64,000 nucleotides of DNA from Anthoceros angustus (taxonomy: Eukaryota; Plantae; Anthocerotophyta): contig VJWM01000204.1 of the NCBI GenBank assembly GCA_010909165.1, forward strand, positions 62,001-126,000, read 5' to 3'. Shown here in pieces: positions 1 through 10,810 of this stretch. Each line of letters starts with the position of its first letter. Positions within the stretch are counted from its first letter, which is position 1. The notes beneath the pieces are model-generated. The model saw only the letters and a program-made list of their open reading frames with translations, did not search any database and was not told the origin of the DNA. The translations under genes were made by a program, and so were the position numbers.

Positions 1-600
1 ATATTCTCATATTATTAACACAAAAGTGTTCATGAGGATATTGAACATATTTATATTGTGATGGAGCTATGTACCAATGGTACACTAAAGGATGAACTAA
101 AAAAGGGGAGCTTATTGTGAAGAGGATGCAAAAATACTTATGTTTAACCTAATGGAGGCAATCAATTTTGCCACAGCATAATGTTATGCATCGCGATTTG
201 AAACCGGCTAATATACTATTACTTAGCCGTCTCAAAGTCATACTAGGACTTTGGTTTATGCTTCCATGTCTCCAAAACGAACATGAATTATTGTATGCAG
301 GAGGCTGGGGAACCCCATGTTACATGGCTCGGAGGTATTGGAGTCAAGACGATGTAAACATAAGCTATACTTCAAAAGCCGATATTTGGAGCCGAGTCAT
401 TTTGTATGAAGTTTTAACCGAAATCGTCCTTATATAGGATATGAGTTCGACGAAAAGAAGAATGGATAACTCAATTGGACCTAGATGAGTGGCCCAACAT
501 GTCACACAGTGAAAGATCTACTACACTCAATGTTACATTTAGAACAAGAGTGTAGACCGGATCTTGACAAGTTCTAAACCATTCTTGGTTTTGCTCGCTA
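1..600 (+). pseudogene. Frameshifted Ser/Thr (CAMK-like) protein kinase remnant, AT-rich and intronless
   Basis: Motifs across frames: HIYIVMELCTNG, HNVMHRDLKPANILL, GTPCYMA, YTSKADIWS. Multiple frameshifts; truncated by the window start. Confidence 0.8.
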
Positions 601-999
601 TCTTATATATGAAAGATAGTAATTTTATTATATAAGAACTTTTATTTGTATTATATATTTTAATATAATGATTTTTATTTTAACTTTATTCATAATTTCA
701 TTAAACCACTCTTGATTGCCTCTTTCTTGTGAGAAAGTCTTCAAGCCATGCAAGCTCATGAAATTGATGTAGTGAAGGATTGGAGTATATCGCTATGTGT
801 TTAGCTGAGTGCTTTTGGTCATTGTCATAGCATGGCATAATAGCATCGGACAATTTCTTCTTCTATAGCTACGCATATTATAGTTACTAAATCGCATGTT
901 AGAATCTTGACGGGTTCGCAAACCCCGATTACCGGCTCTAAGCGGGCTGCTCAACGTGCTTGTGGGGCGACCACACCAAGGGTGTGCGAATGTTTTGAA

Positions 1000-1975
1000 T
1001 CATGAGCCGAGCAAGGCGAACGTGGCACAGGCGGAGTGTGAAGATGGCGTCACGAGAAGGAAAATTGGCATTTAGTGGAAACGGCTATTGTTGAAGTCCC
1101 ACCTTGTTGCCGTCCACAGAGAACTCCTACCGCAGGGCAATGGACACCGTTGCACGAAAGAAGCCATCACACAAGAAAAGGGGGCGGTGGTAGGCTTTAG
1201 CAGGCCTTGATGAACTGGAGAAATCCTTGCCCATGGCCCCGTGAGTCTCGATGGCAAGGGGATGAAGGCATGGCCCTTCTTGCATGGGCGAGTACTTGTG
1301 AACGCTCGTTGTCGCGCATCTCTCCGCCACCCAACCCGGAGGGTTGATGATGGCGTTGCGCAGAGTGTCCCGGGCAAGGTCTTCAGCCACATCCACAACA
1401 CTCCCCTCGGCCGAGAACATGGCGTCAGCGGGCGGCGTGATGCGTGTAATGCGCTGCCCGCCCGGAGAGCGAGGGCTACGGCGGCAGTCTAAAGAGAGCG
1501 AGCCAAAGGTTGGACCAAACCCGGAACCTCATCGCGGTAGAAAAGAAGCCGGTCGACTCGAAATACCTTGATGCAAGGTCGGGCTAGAAGCCATGAACCT
1601 CCCTTCCCGAGCAAGAGCGGAGGCGAGCTCGAGCTGGTCAAGGAATGGAGGAATCGAGGAGCAAAGCCAGCACGTGCCCATACAAGTTTCTTCTCATGGA
1701 GGGAGGCCAAAGCCCCACAGCCTGGGTCCGCAGAGAACGAGGACGAATGCGGCATGACCGCCTAGCCTCTGAGGATAGGACACCCCTAGCCAATCTTAAG
1801 GACAAGCATGCAAGGGGAAGGCGCCCTCCTCGACGCCCGAGACGAAGGCCTTGAAGATGCGGTAATCCCTAGGGGATTAGGAAATGGGAGGCCTAGATGC
1901 GGGTTGAGAGGACCAAGCTCAAGCGTCGTGCCAGATGCCTTGCGGCGCACTCTAAGGGGCCGCTCTTCGGCGAGG
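1000..1975 (-). mobile_element. 3' fragment of an RLE-type (CRE-like) non-LTR retrotransposon
   Basis: GC-rich; encodes HKYSPMQEG..(FI)PLAIETHGAMG, typical of the restriction-like endonuclease C-terminus. Homologous to about 21.4-22.4 kb. Confidence 0.7.
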
Positions 1976-2300
1976 TAAGCAATTGCATTCATGTGAGCAC
2001 TTCCTCAACGGACAACCAAGCAAAACAAGTCTAATATGCAAATATAGGTGCAAACCAATTTGTAACACTAGGAGAGAGTAGCTTGCACGTTGTGGTTTTC
2101 CTCCCACACTCTCCCCACGAGAACAACACGCAAATTGCTGGCACATGGCTCTCGGAGTGTTAGCTTTGGCCTCCTCACAACTCTCTTGCATTGCATATGT
2201 AGAGGACAAGGACAAGTTATGATGTGAGCTTGTCCTTTGTGAAAGGGTCTATATAGATATACTAGGCCTTGGCATTGGCATATTCCTAAGATATCCTATT
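1976..2300 (-). repeat. LTR-like dispersed repeat, inverted homologue of 42903-43221
   Basis: Shared blocks (gaggacaag, gttgtgagga.gccaaagct, tgttgttctcgtggggagagtgtg, gaggaagtgctca) in opposite orientation. Confidence 0.65.
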
Positions 2301-2945
2301 GGCATCGATATGCCGAAATATCCAAAGAATACACCATAGTATGCAAGGAATATGCTAAAGCATATAACTTGTGTTTATCCACTTAGTTATTGCTAACCGT
2401 GTTTAATTAATGAATCGGTGCCATGTGGTTCGATAGCCCCTTCCATGTGCCGCCACCATAGCCTCCTAACGCTCCCCGGACTCGGGTCGAATGGCGAAAA
2501 CGAAAGCGAAATGGTGGCGGCTGTCACTGTCATCTCGATCGAAGGAAGGACAACGCCAAATTCACGGACGCTATCAGCGACGCCATTGGAGGCAACGAGC
2601 GATATTTCGGCAATGCAAGCCACCTACGGTACCTTGCCGCTCATTTGGCAATGCATCCGCAATCAAGACCTGCATTTGTCAACTTATTTTCAAGGGTTCA
2701 ATCTTCACTTCAAAGTTTCTTTTATTTTAGATTTTTCTTCTCATGACCCATTATAAGGTTTCTTCTATTTTAGGAGGTTTTTCTTTTCATGACCCTATAA
2801 CATCTTCACTCCGAGGTTTCTTCTCTTTTCCAAGATTTCCTTTTTCTCATGAGATAAGGTAGACATAACGAGTTTTTGTCCAACCACTTCAGAACAAGCA
2901 CAAGGCGTATGGTCATAGTGACTCCAAACTTGTTTCAATTGTTGT

Positions 2946-3545
2946 CGTAATATTTTCATACGGAATAAAGTATCAAGTATACACGTAATATTTTCATATG
3001 GAATAAAGCATCATGTATACACATAAACGCATCATTGGTTCCATAAAGTGGGTGTTTTTGGGCCCTATGGCTTTTGTTCTTCTCTTTTCTAGACCTATTA
3101 TTGTAGGAGTATGTTCAAATAAATGTGGCAATTCAGAATCCAGCTTTTTCAACCTGCCCTATATTCGATTATACTTCACACCATTATTATTTAGGTTATT
3201 TGAGTATACTTCACACAATTAGTATTTAGGTTAAACTCAAAATATTGGTTAAACATCAATGCGTTTTATGTATCTTTGTCTTATGACAAAAATTTCCCGG
3301 CCTTAGTAGACTTAACTATACTTCTATTTGAGTATACTTCACCCCACTAGTATTTAGGTCAAACTGAAAATACCGATTACTCATGAATGCTTTTCGTGTA
3401 TCTCTGTCTAGTCCGTCCCATGATGGAAATTCCATCCTTAGTGGACTTCAATATACTTTTTCTTCTTATGATTCTTGCTTCAGTTGCGTGAGTTCAATTC
3501 CTGTGATGCCCCTCTTCAGTTCAATTCCCGTAATGCCCTCTACAA
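2946..3545. repeat. Short local tandem duplications (about 38 bp, 130 bp and 24 bp units) in an AT-rich spacer
   Basis: cgtaatattttcata.ggaataaag.atca.gtatacac x2; tttgagtatacttcac...tagtatttaggt x2; agttcaattcc.gt.atgccc x2. Confidence 0.6.
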
Positions 3546-3889
3546 GGCCTAAAGGTAGAATTGTTCACTTTTTCTATACGGATTTTTTCCTTGATTCCAC
3601 CCCTCACATTCCTGTCTTTGTGTGGAGGTTTGAACCACTCCAAAATAAACAAACAAGTTTGATGCTATCCTAAGTAGATTCTAATAGAAGAAGAAAGAAC
3701 AACCGCTACCCAAAGGTGAAAGTAGAGACTTTATATAAAAAAAGAGATGGGAAAGCCCATCTACCCCTAGACAAAAAGGGCATCAAGGTAAGGGGGACTA
3801 GCCCCACGATCACCCGAGGAGAAGAAAGAGAAGAAAAGAAAGAGGTGTCTACTACCTAATACAGATTACACATATTATATTTATTTTCA

Positions 3890-5520
3890 CAACCCTGTCG
3901 TGTTGCACGTGGGCATTTGGTCTAGTGGCACTGTCAAGGACAAGAAGCCCTGCGCCTTTACCGGGTTATGCAAGAAGAAGGCATTGCTGTACCCAATTCT
4001 GTGGCATTTGTGTGCCTGCGGCATGCTTGCGCTGATCTGGGCACCAATCGTTGGACATGGGGAAGCAGCTTGACTTACAATGTAGAGAACGTGGACTTCA
4101 AGCTGATGAGAGTTTGTAGGCGGCAGTTTGGTGAACATGTATGCAAAGTCCGGCAGCTTGCAGGACGCTCAGAGAGTGGTTGACGGACTTGATAGAAAGA
4201 GGTGGTGATGTGGACTTCTCTGATTGCAGGGTATTCGCAGCAGGGCATGGGGCAGGAAGCTCTTCTAGTGGATGCGTTTATAGGCAGCAGTTTGGTGAAC
4301 ATGTATGCAAAGTGTGGCAGCTTACAGGACGCTCAGAGAGAGTCTGACAGACTTGATCTAAAAGAGGTGGAAATGTGGACTGCTCTCATTGCAGCGTATT
4401 CGCAGCAGGTAATGGGCCAGGAAGCTCTTCGTCAGGGACTTTGGGCTAGGTTGGTCATGCTGGGTTAATTAGGCGAGTGCTTGGTCGCGCCAGCTATGGC
4501 TGTATAGAGCTTCTCGGTTGGGTCACACAAAGGGAAGCAGGATCCCCTGAAGAGAGTTTTCGTGCACAAACAAAATGGTGGACTATCCACCAGAACTGCC
4601 GCTACCCTGGTCTCTAAAAAGCAACCGGTGGCAAGAAACCAAGTTGGGAGGTGCACCACAGCTGTCCAGCGCTCCAGCTGGATAACAGGCAGACCAAGAA
4701 GGTCCTTCATTCTGCTCTGGGTATGGAGATGGAGTTGGGTGGTGGTGGTTTGCACTGGAGCTTGCCAGACGATCCTGACCGTCACAGGCCTGCAGGATGC
4801 TGTACAAGTGTGATGTCTGAGACCCCGGGAGAGTTACGTGCTCAGGGCCAATTCACTGAGGCTGTTGAGGCTGGTGAAGACAGAGGGTTGTCATTCCAAG
4901 CCTCTAATTTATGCTGTTTTGAACGGATGTGTAGTCGAGAGTACCTTGTTCTGGGTCGCCGGGTCCATGCTTTCGCGGTGAAAAGGGGGTATCAGTCAGA
5001 TAAGTTCCTGGGCTTCCACATTCTGGGGATGTATGCTTCTCAGGGCAGGTTGGAAGATGCGATCCATGGATGTATGCACAGTGGTTGTCAAACCAGATGC
5101 CTTCATATGGTCTCCCATAATCTCTGCCCATGGGCAAGACAAGCAGGCCTCACAACTCTATGATAGGACATGTGCGCAAGTCAAGGGTGAAGCCATAGGG
5201 GCCTGTATTCGTGGCAGCTTTTTAGTTAGGCTTGTGCGAGGGGATTGGACCTGAAAACTGGGGAGCAGACGGGTTGGACAGTGGCATTGAGCCTGATTTG
5301 TTTGTCCGTAATTGCTTGTTTAAGTGTGCATAGTGTGGGCACCTTGGGAGAGGCTCAAATTGTCTACAATGCTATGCAAGGAAAGGGATTGGTTGTCCTT
5401 GATACGGTTACGGTTGTTTGTCTCCTGCAGGCCTGTGTGCAAGTCTGGGCCCTTCATGACCTTGGAGATGGGGAAGCAGCTAGCTTGATTTGCAGATTGG
5501 AGAGGTGTCAGTGAGCTCCA
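3890..5520 (+). pseudogene. Degenerate, rearranged paralogue of the PLS-PPR gene at 10.8-14 kb
   Basis: Fragments such as SSLVNMYAKCGSLQDAQR, VMWTSLIAGYSQQGMGQEAL and LVLGRRVHAFAVKRGYQSD are nearly identical to the intact gene. The mid-gene fragment (3890-4470) precedes the N-terminal fragment (4500-5520). Many frameshifts. Confidence 0.9.
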
Positions 5521-5991
5521 CACTGACGAGATTTTAGGGTTTCAAGAAGTGAGGTGGTATTACCAGTTGCAACTGCGGGATATGGAGAGTGTTTTCGGGC
5601 TAGCAATATCATTGTTGCACCCGTTGGGACCTGTTCTTGATTGGAAGAGTGAGCATGTCAAGCGGTTCGATTCAGTATTCTGGCTGCCATCATATAACAT
5701 ACACAGCTCTTAATACATTGCAACTCAAACGAGTGTATGTCCGAAGTACAGCAATTTTTCGGACACACATTCAGCTTCAAATTTCTGCTCCTACTCCTAC
5801 TGTATCACAAGAGTTCTTGTGGGGATCTCATTTCAGCATTGCACTGCAAGCAAGCAGCAGTCAGCAGCAGCAAGCATTCCCGACCCTACTTGTTCTACAT
5901 TGGAACTCAACCAAAGTGTGTGCTCTGTGTACGGAGGGCAAGAATTCCTCGGACAGACTTGAAATTTCTACTCCTCCTAAATCACAGCCAA

Positions 5992-6252
5992 TTAGAGGGA
6001 TGATATCATTTCGGCATTGTAGCAGCACGCATTTCCTGTCTTCGTTGTCCATGCGGGCTTGTGTCCGTCAGAAGTTGCTAGACTCTCATGAGGCTCCCGT
6101 GCAGAAACCACGGTCACATCGCTGGCGGGCTCAATATCGATCATCCTAGCCGTTCCAAAGTTTGTGAGCTTCACCACGCCATAAGGTATCACCAGAATGC
6201 TGAATGGCCTCAGACCTCCATGCGCAATCGACCTTGAGTGACAGGCTTCCAT
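5992..6252 (-). pseudogene. Out-of-frame, catalytically dead CDKF-like kinase C-lobe fragment
   Basis: ACHSRSIAHGGLRPFSILV..GVVKLTNFGTARM corresponds to ACH...HRDLKP.N.L...GVLKLADFG.AR with HRD>HGG and DFG>NFG. It is followed by a low-complexity insert as in CDKF and is separated from the upstream ORF by a TAG and a frameshift. Confidence 0.7.
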
Positions 6253-6296
6253 CGCCGAAGTAGTCTAACCTGAATAATACAATTCATGCCATCATC

Positions 6297-7769
6297 CTAA
6301 GGCAAGTACGGGAAGCGTCCAGCTCGCTGGGCCTCATCATTGTACTCCAGCACCAAGACAGCTCCACCATTGAAAAAAAACGAATCCAGCAGCTGCACGA
6401 TGTTTTCGGTTAGAGGATCACGCCGGATCGCCACTTCCGACTTAGCTTTAGCAGGATCTAGAATTTCCTTTAAGGCCACAATATAGCCGTCGCATCGTCG
6501 ACGAGCTTTGTACACGTTGTCACGGCCGCCGTCAATTAGCGCTACCACCTGGTACTGATCAAATACTGGAGAATGGAACACCAGGGAAACAGCTTCATCT
6601 CCAGCTCGCTGGGCCTCGGCCTCGTCAAGGTACTCCAGCACCAAGACTGTAGCTCCAGCATCAAAAACAAATGAATCACGCAGCTGCACAATGCTGTCGT
6701 CTAGGAGAGCGGGCCCGGTCGCCTTGGCCAGTTCCAACTTCGCTTTCGAAGGATCCAGAATTTCCTTCAAGGCTACAAGAAGGCCGTCGCATCTTCGACG
6801 CGCTTTATACACGTTGTCACAGCCTCCCTCAATGAGCTCCAGCACATCGTACTGATCAAATACTGGAGAATAGAACACCAGGGAACCAGCTTCACCTCCA
6901 GCTTGCTGGGCCTCGGGAACGTACTCCAGCACCAAGACAGCTCCACCATTGAAAAAAAACGAATCCAGCAGCTGCACGATGTTTTCGGTTAGAGGATCAC
7001 GCCGGATCGCCACTTCCGACTTAGCTTTAGCAGGATCTAGAATTTCCTTTAAGGCCACAATATAGCCGTCGCATCGTCGACGAGCTTTGTACACGTTGTC
7101 ACGGCCGCCGTCAATTAGCGCTACCACCTGGTACTGATCAAATACTGGAGAATGGAACACCAGGGAAACAGCTTCATCTCCAGCTCGCTGGGCCTCGGCC
7201 TCGTCAAGGTACTCCAGCACCAAGACTGTAGCTCCAGCATCAAAAACAAATGAATCACGCAGCTGCACAATGCTGTCGTCTAGGAGAGCGGGCCCGGTCG
7301 CCTTGGCCAGTTCCAACTTCGCTTTCGAAGGATCCAGAATTTCCTTCAAGGCTACAAGAAGGCCGTCGCATCTTCGACGCGCTTTATACACGTTGTCACA
7401 GCCTCCCTCAATGAGCTCCAGCACATCGTACTGATCAAATACTGGAGAATAGAACACCAGGGAACCAGCTTCACCTCCAGCTTGCTGGGCCTCGGGAACG
7501 TACTCCAGCACCAAGACAGCTCCACTATTAAAAACAAACGAATCAAGCAGCCGCCGATTGTCGGCTAGGGCCTCACGCCGGATCGCCAGTTCCACCTCAG
7601 CTTTCGTAGGATCCAGAATTTCCTTCAAGGCCACAACACTGCCGTCGGATTTTCGACGGCCTTTATACACCATGTCCATGTCAGGGCCTCCCTCAATTTG
7701 CTCTAGCACCACATACTGATCAATTACTCGAGAAGCGCGCACCAGCGAACCAGCTTCACCTCCCGCCAT
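6297..7769 (-). CDS. 490-aa protein of five tandem CDKF-like kinase N-lobe (subdomain I-V) repeats
   Basis: Unit of about 96 aa: QY.VL..IEGG.DNVYKARRRCDG..VALKEILD...E...IVQL.DSF....VLVLEY. It resembles plant CDKF;1 (VYRARRLSDGLIVALKEI...AVLVLEFL). The ORF is open and intronless. Confidence 0.8.
   Translation of the reverse strand: MAGGEAGSLVRASRVIDQYVVLEQIEGGPDMDMVYKGRRKSDGSVVALKEILDPTKAEVELAIRREALADNRRLLDSFVFNSGAVLVLEYVPEAQQAGGEAGSLVFYSPVFDQYDVLELIEGGCDNVYKARRRCDGLLVALKEILDPSKAKLELAKATGPALLDDSIVQLRDSFVFDAGATVLVLEYLDEAEAQRAGDEAVSLVFHSPVFDQYQVVALIDGGRDNVYKARRRCDGYIVALKEILDPAKAKSEVAIRRDPLTENIVQLLDSFFFNGGAVLVLEYVPEAQQAGGEAGSLVFYSPVFDQYDVLELIEGGCDNVYKARRRCDGLLVALKEILDPSKAKLELAKATGPALLDDSIVQLRDSFVFDAGATVLVLEYLDEAEAQRAGDEAVSLVFHSPVFDQYQVVALIDGGRDNVYKARRRCDGYIVALKEILDPAKAKSEVAIRRDPLTENIVQLLDSFFFNGGAVLVLEYNDEAQRAGRFPYLP
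6342..7499. repeat. 579-bp in-frame tandem duplication (two N-lobes per unit)
   Basis: gtactccagcaccaagacagctccac recurs at 6342, 6921 and 7500; the two 193-aa blocks translate identically. Confidence 0.9.
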
Positions 7770-8269
7770 GCCTTCTCACTGCTATGTGGATCCGGATCCG
7801 GAACAGCAGCTGGTAGCCTTCCCTCTCTCCCTGATTACGCTCGCAAACAACAGCAGCACGAATGCTGGACGCTCACAATGCTGTCCCCAAGGCCTCGTCC
7901 CCAAGTCCCTCACTCCGTCCGGGCAGCAATGAGCACCCGGAGCTCACCTGAAGCCAACAATATGGCCGTCGTGCTTCAGAGCAAACCTAGGCACACAAGA
8001 ATGCGTCACCTGCCTCTAACGAATACGGGCGAATGCAAATCCAGGAGCCACGGAAACTTTGCCTCCATGCCCGATCAGGTGGACTAAATAATGGCCAGCT
8101 GCGGGAGAGTGACATTTTCGCCTTTTCGTCTTCAAAACGGTGCATCATCTGGAACGTTCTGCGTTGGAATCGCCAAGGATCCACAGTGTTCAGGAGACTG
8201 TTGCAACCCAACGACAACAACCAACAAAGGAAGAACGAAGAGTGAAAAGGGCACAACCAGGAGTAGCCC

Positions 8270-8600
8270 GAAGTCTTTTCTCCTGTGAGCCTCGACCCCG
8301 GGAGCTTTGGTGCCGACTGCTGCTCCAGCACCCCAGACGGTCCTCCATTCGGCTCTGGAGATGGGTCGCGGTGGCTTACACTGGGGTTTGCCGGACGATC
8401 CCTGCGGGTCACAGGCCTTCAGGTTGCTGGACGAGTGTGACGTCACGGCTCCGATCGTGAGCCAGCTTTGTGGTCAGAGCCATTCCACCGAGGCTGTTGA
8501 GGCTTTAGGAATCAGGGTGCAGACAGAGCGTTGCATTTCCAAGCCTCTGATTTCTGATGTGTCGAAGATGTGTGTCGAGAATGACCTTGTTCTCTTGGAC
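8270..8600 (+). pseudogene. 5' fragment of the same PPR gene (second cassette copy)
   Basis: CEPRPRELWCRLLLQHP and VLHSALEMG...GQSHSTEAVEALG...QTERCISKPL match the N-terminus of 10811-14068; truncated. Confidence 0.85.
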
Positions 8601-8604
8601 GGGA

Positions 8605-9140
8605 TCGATCAGTTGCAACTGCGGGATGTGGAGAGTGTTTTCGGGCTAGCAGTGTCATTGTTGCCCCCGTCGAGGTCGGGACCAGTTTTTGATTGGAAGT
8701 CAGTGGTATTGCCGGTTGTAACTGCGGATCGATGTGGAGAGTGTTTTCGGGCTAGCAATGTCATCGTTGCACCCGTCGGGACCAGTTCTTGATTGGAAGA
8801 GTGAGCATGTCAAGCGGTTCGATTCGGTACTCTGGCTGCCAACATGCTCACCAACTACATACACAGCTCTTATTACATTGCAACTCAAACAAAGTGTGTG
8901 CTCGAAGGACAGTAGTTGATGGGACACATATTCAGCTTCGAATTTCTACTCCTACTGAATCACAGAGTTTATGTTGTGATCTCATATCAGCGGTAGCATT
9001 GCAGCAGGGCAAATCCCCAATCTACTTGTCCCACGTTGCATCTCAAACAAATGTGGGTTGGTGTTCAGAGGGCAGCAATTGCTCGGACAGACATTCGGCT
9101 TTACATTTCTACTCCTCCTCAATCACAGCTAATTAAAGTG
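8605..9140. repeat. Duplicate of 5560-6000 (3' region of the N-lobe gene)
   Basis: Shared blocks such as ggagagtgttttcgggctagca and gattggaagagtgagcatgtcaagcggttcgattc; internal duplication of about 100 bp at 8610-8800. Confidence 0.8.
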
Positions 9141-9226
9141 ATGATCTAAGTACTGGAGAATTCAACACCATGGAATTCAATCACAGCTAATTCACCTCCA
9201 GCTCGCGGGGCCGCGTGCACTTAACT

Positions 9227-10093
9227 TCAGGACCAAGGCAGGTGCAGCACCAAGACAATTCCGCCATCAAAATCAAACGAATCAAGCAGCTGCACTGACT
9301 CCATGCTCCTGTTCAGTTCAATCCATCCGAAATCATCTTCGAACTCAGCCAGGTCCTGCTCAGCGATACTACGATCCAGAATTTCCTTCAAGACCACAAG
9401 AAGGCCGTCGGACCTTCGACGAGCGTTAAACAAGTTTTCAAGGCCTCCTTCAATTTGCTGTAGCACATCGTACTTGTCAAGTACTGGAGAGTTCAACACC
9501 ATGCAATGAGATTCACCTCCAGCTGGCTGGGCCTCGTGAAGGTACTCCATCACCAAGACAACTCCGAGATCTTCCAAAACAAACGAATCAAGCAGCGGCA
9601 CAATGTCGTTGTTCAGGAGAGCGTGGCCGGTCGCCCGTTCCAACTTAACTTCAGCTTCAAGTGTTTCCGGAAGTTCCTTCAAGACCACAATAACGTCGTC
9701 GCATCTTCGACGAGCTTTAAACAACTTGTCACGGCCTCCCTCAATTCGCTCTAGCAAATCGTACCGATCAAGTACTGGAGAATTCAACACCAGGGCAACA
9801 GCTTCATCTAGTCCAACTCGCTGGGTCTCGTGAAGGTACTCCAGCACCAACACAGATCCGACAGAGAAATCAAACGAATCAACTAGATTCACAATGTTGC
9901 CGTACAGGAGCGCGCGGCCGGTCGCTTGTTCCAACCTAGGATCCACAACTTCCTGCAAGGTCACAAGAAGGCCGTCGTCCCTTCGACGACCTCTATACAA
10001 GGTGTCAGAGTATCCCTCAATTTCCTGTAGCACCACGTACTGCTCAGTTACTCGAGAATGGTGCACCAGCGAACGATCTCCACCTCCCGCCAT
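9227..10093 (-). CDS. 288-aa paralogue with three tandem kinase N-lobe repeats and no C-lobe
   Basis: Same repeat, diverged (KARRRCDDVIVVLKEL, VLVLEYL). Same 5' flank as the ORF starting at 7769. Relic of a fourth repeat at about 9150-9210. Confidence 0.75.
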   Translation of the reverse strand: MAGGGDRSLVHHSRVTEQYVVLQEIEGYSDTLYRGRRRDDGLLVTLQEVVDPRLEQATGRALLYGNIVNLVDSFDFSVGSVLVLEYLHETQRVGLDEAVALVLNSPVLDRYDLLERIEGGRDKLFKARRRCDDVIVVLKELPETLEAEVKLERATGHALLNNDIVPLLDSFVLEDLGVVLVMEYLHEAQPAGGESHCMVLNSPVLDKYDVLQQIEGGLENLFNARRRSDGLLVVLKEILDRSIAEQDLAEFEDDFGWIELNRSMESVQLLDSFDFDGGIVLVLHLPWS

Positions 10094-10810
10094 GCCTTCT
10101 CACTGCTATGTGGATCCGGATCCGGATCCGGAACAGCAGCTGGTAGCCTTACCGCTCTCCCTGATAACGCTTGCACAAAACGGCAGCACCAGTACATATA
10201 TTTATTGATGTCCTGGACGCTCACAATGCTGTCCCCAAGGGCCTCGTCTCCAACTCCCTCACTCCGTCCCAGCAGCAACGACCACCTGGAGATCACCTCA
10301 AGCCATCAATATGGTCGTAGTGCCTCACAGCAAACATAAGCACACAAGAATGCCCGGGCTGGGATTACGACGATTCTCCTGCTTCTAACGAATATAATCT
10401 CCAGCGGGCGAATGTAAATATGCCGCCGGTTCGTTTTCGAACGGAGAGATGCATCATCTGGAATCTTCTGGGTTGGAATCGCCAAGGATCCTCAGTGTTC
10501 GGGAGATCGTTGGGTTAGCCTTCTGGAATCTTCTGCGTCGGAATCGCAAAGGATCCTCCAATCCAGTGTTCGGGAGACCGTGGCAACCCAACGACAGGAA
10601 ACAGAGGCAGAGAGAAGAGAACGGGACACAAGCAGGAGTAGCCCGAATTCGGGTCACTCTTACCAGCGCTCGCTGGTAGAGCCCGTGAAGATACAAAACG
10701 GGGGAAGACGAATTTTATTCCGCCCGCAGCCCACAGCAAACCAAAAGCTGCCTGAGTCCTTTCCGCAGGTTGGTCTTTTTTACTGAGTACTGGGGTTAAT
10801 TGGGCTTTTT

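Noticed and set aside
2410-2450. GGTTCGA B-box-like motif suggesting a tRNA or SINE
   Set aside because: No cloverleaf or A-box could be built.
6270-6310. Tiny intron that might join the N-lobe ORF to the C-lobe
   Set aside because: The candidate GT..AG is only about 40 nt and does not restore the frame.
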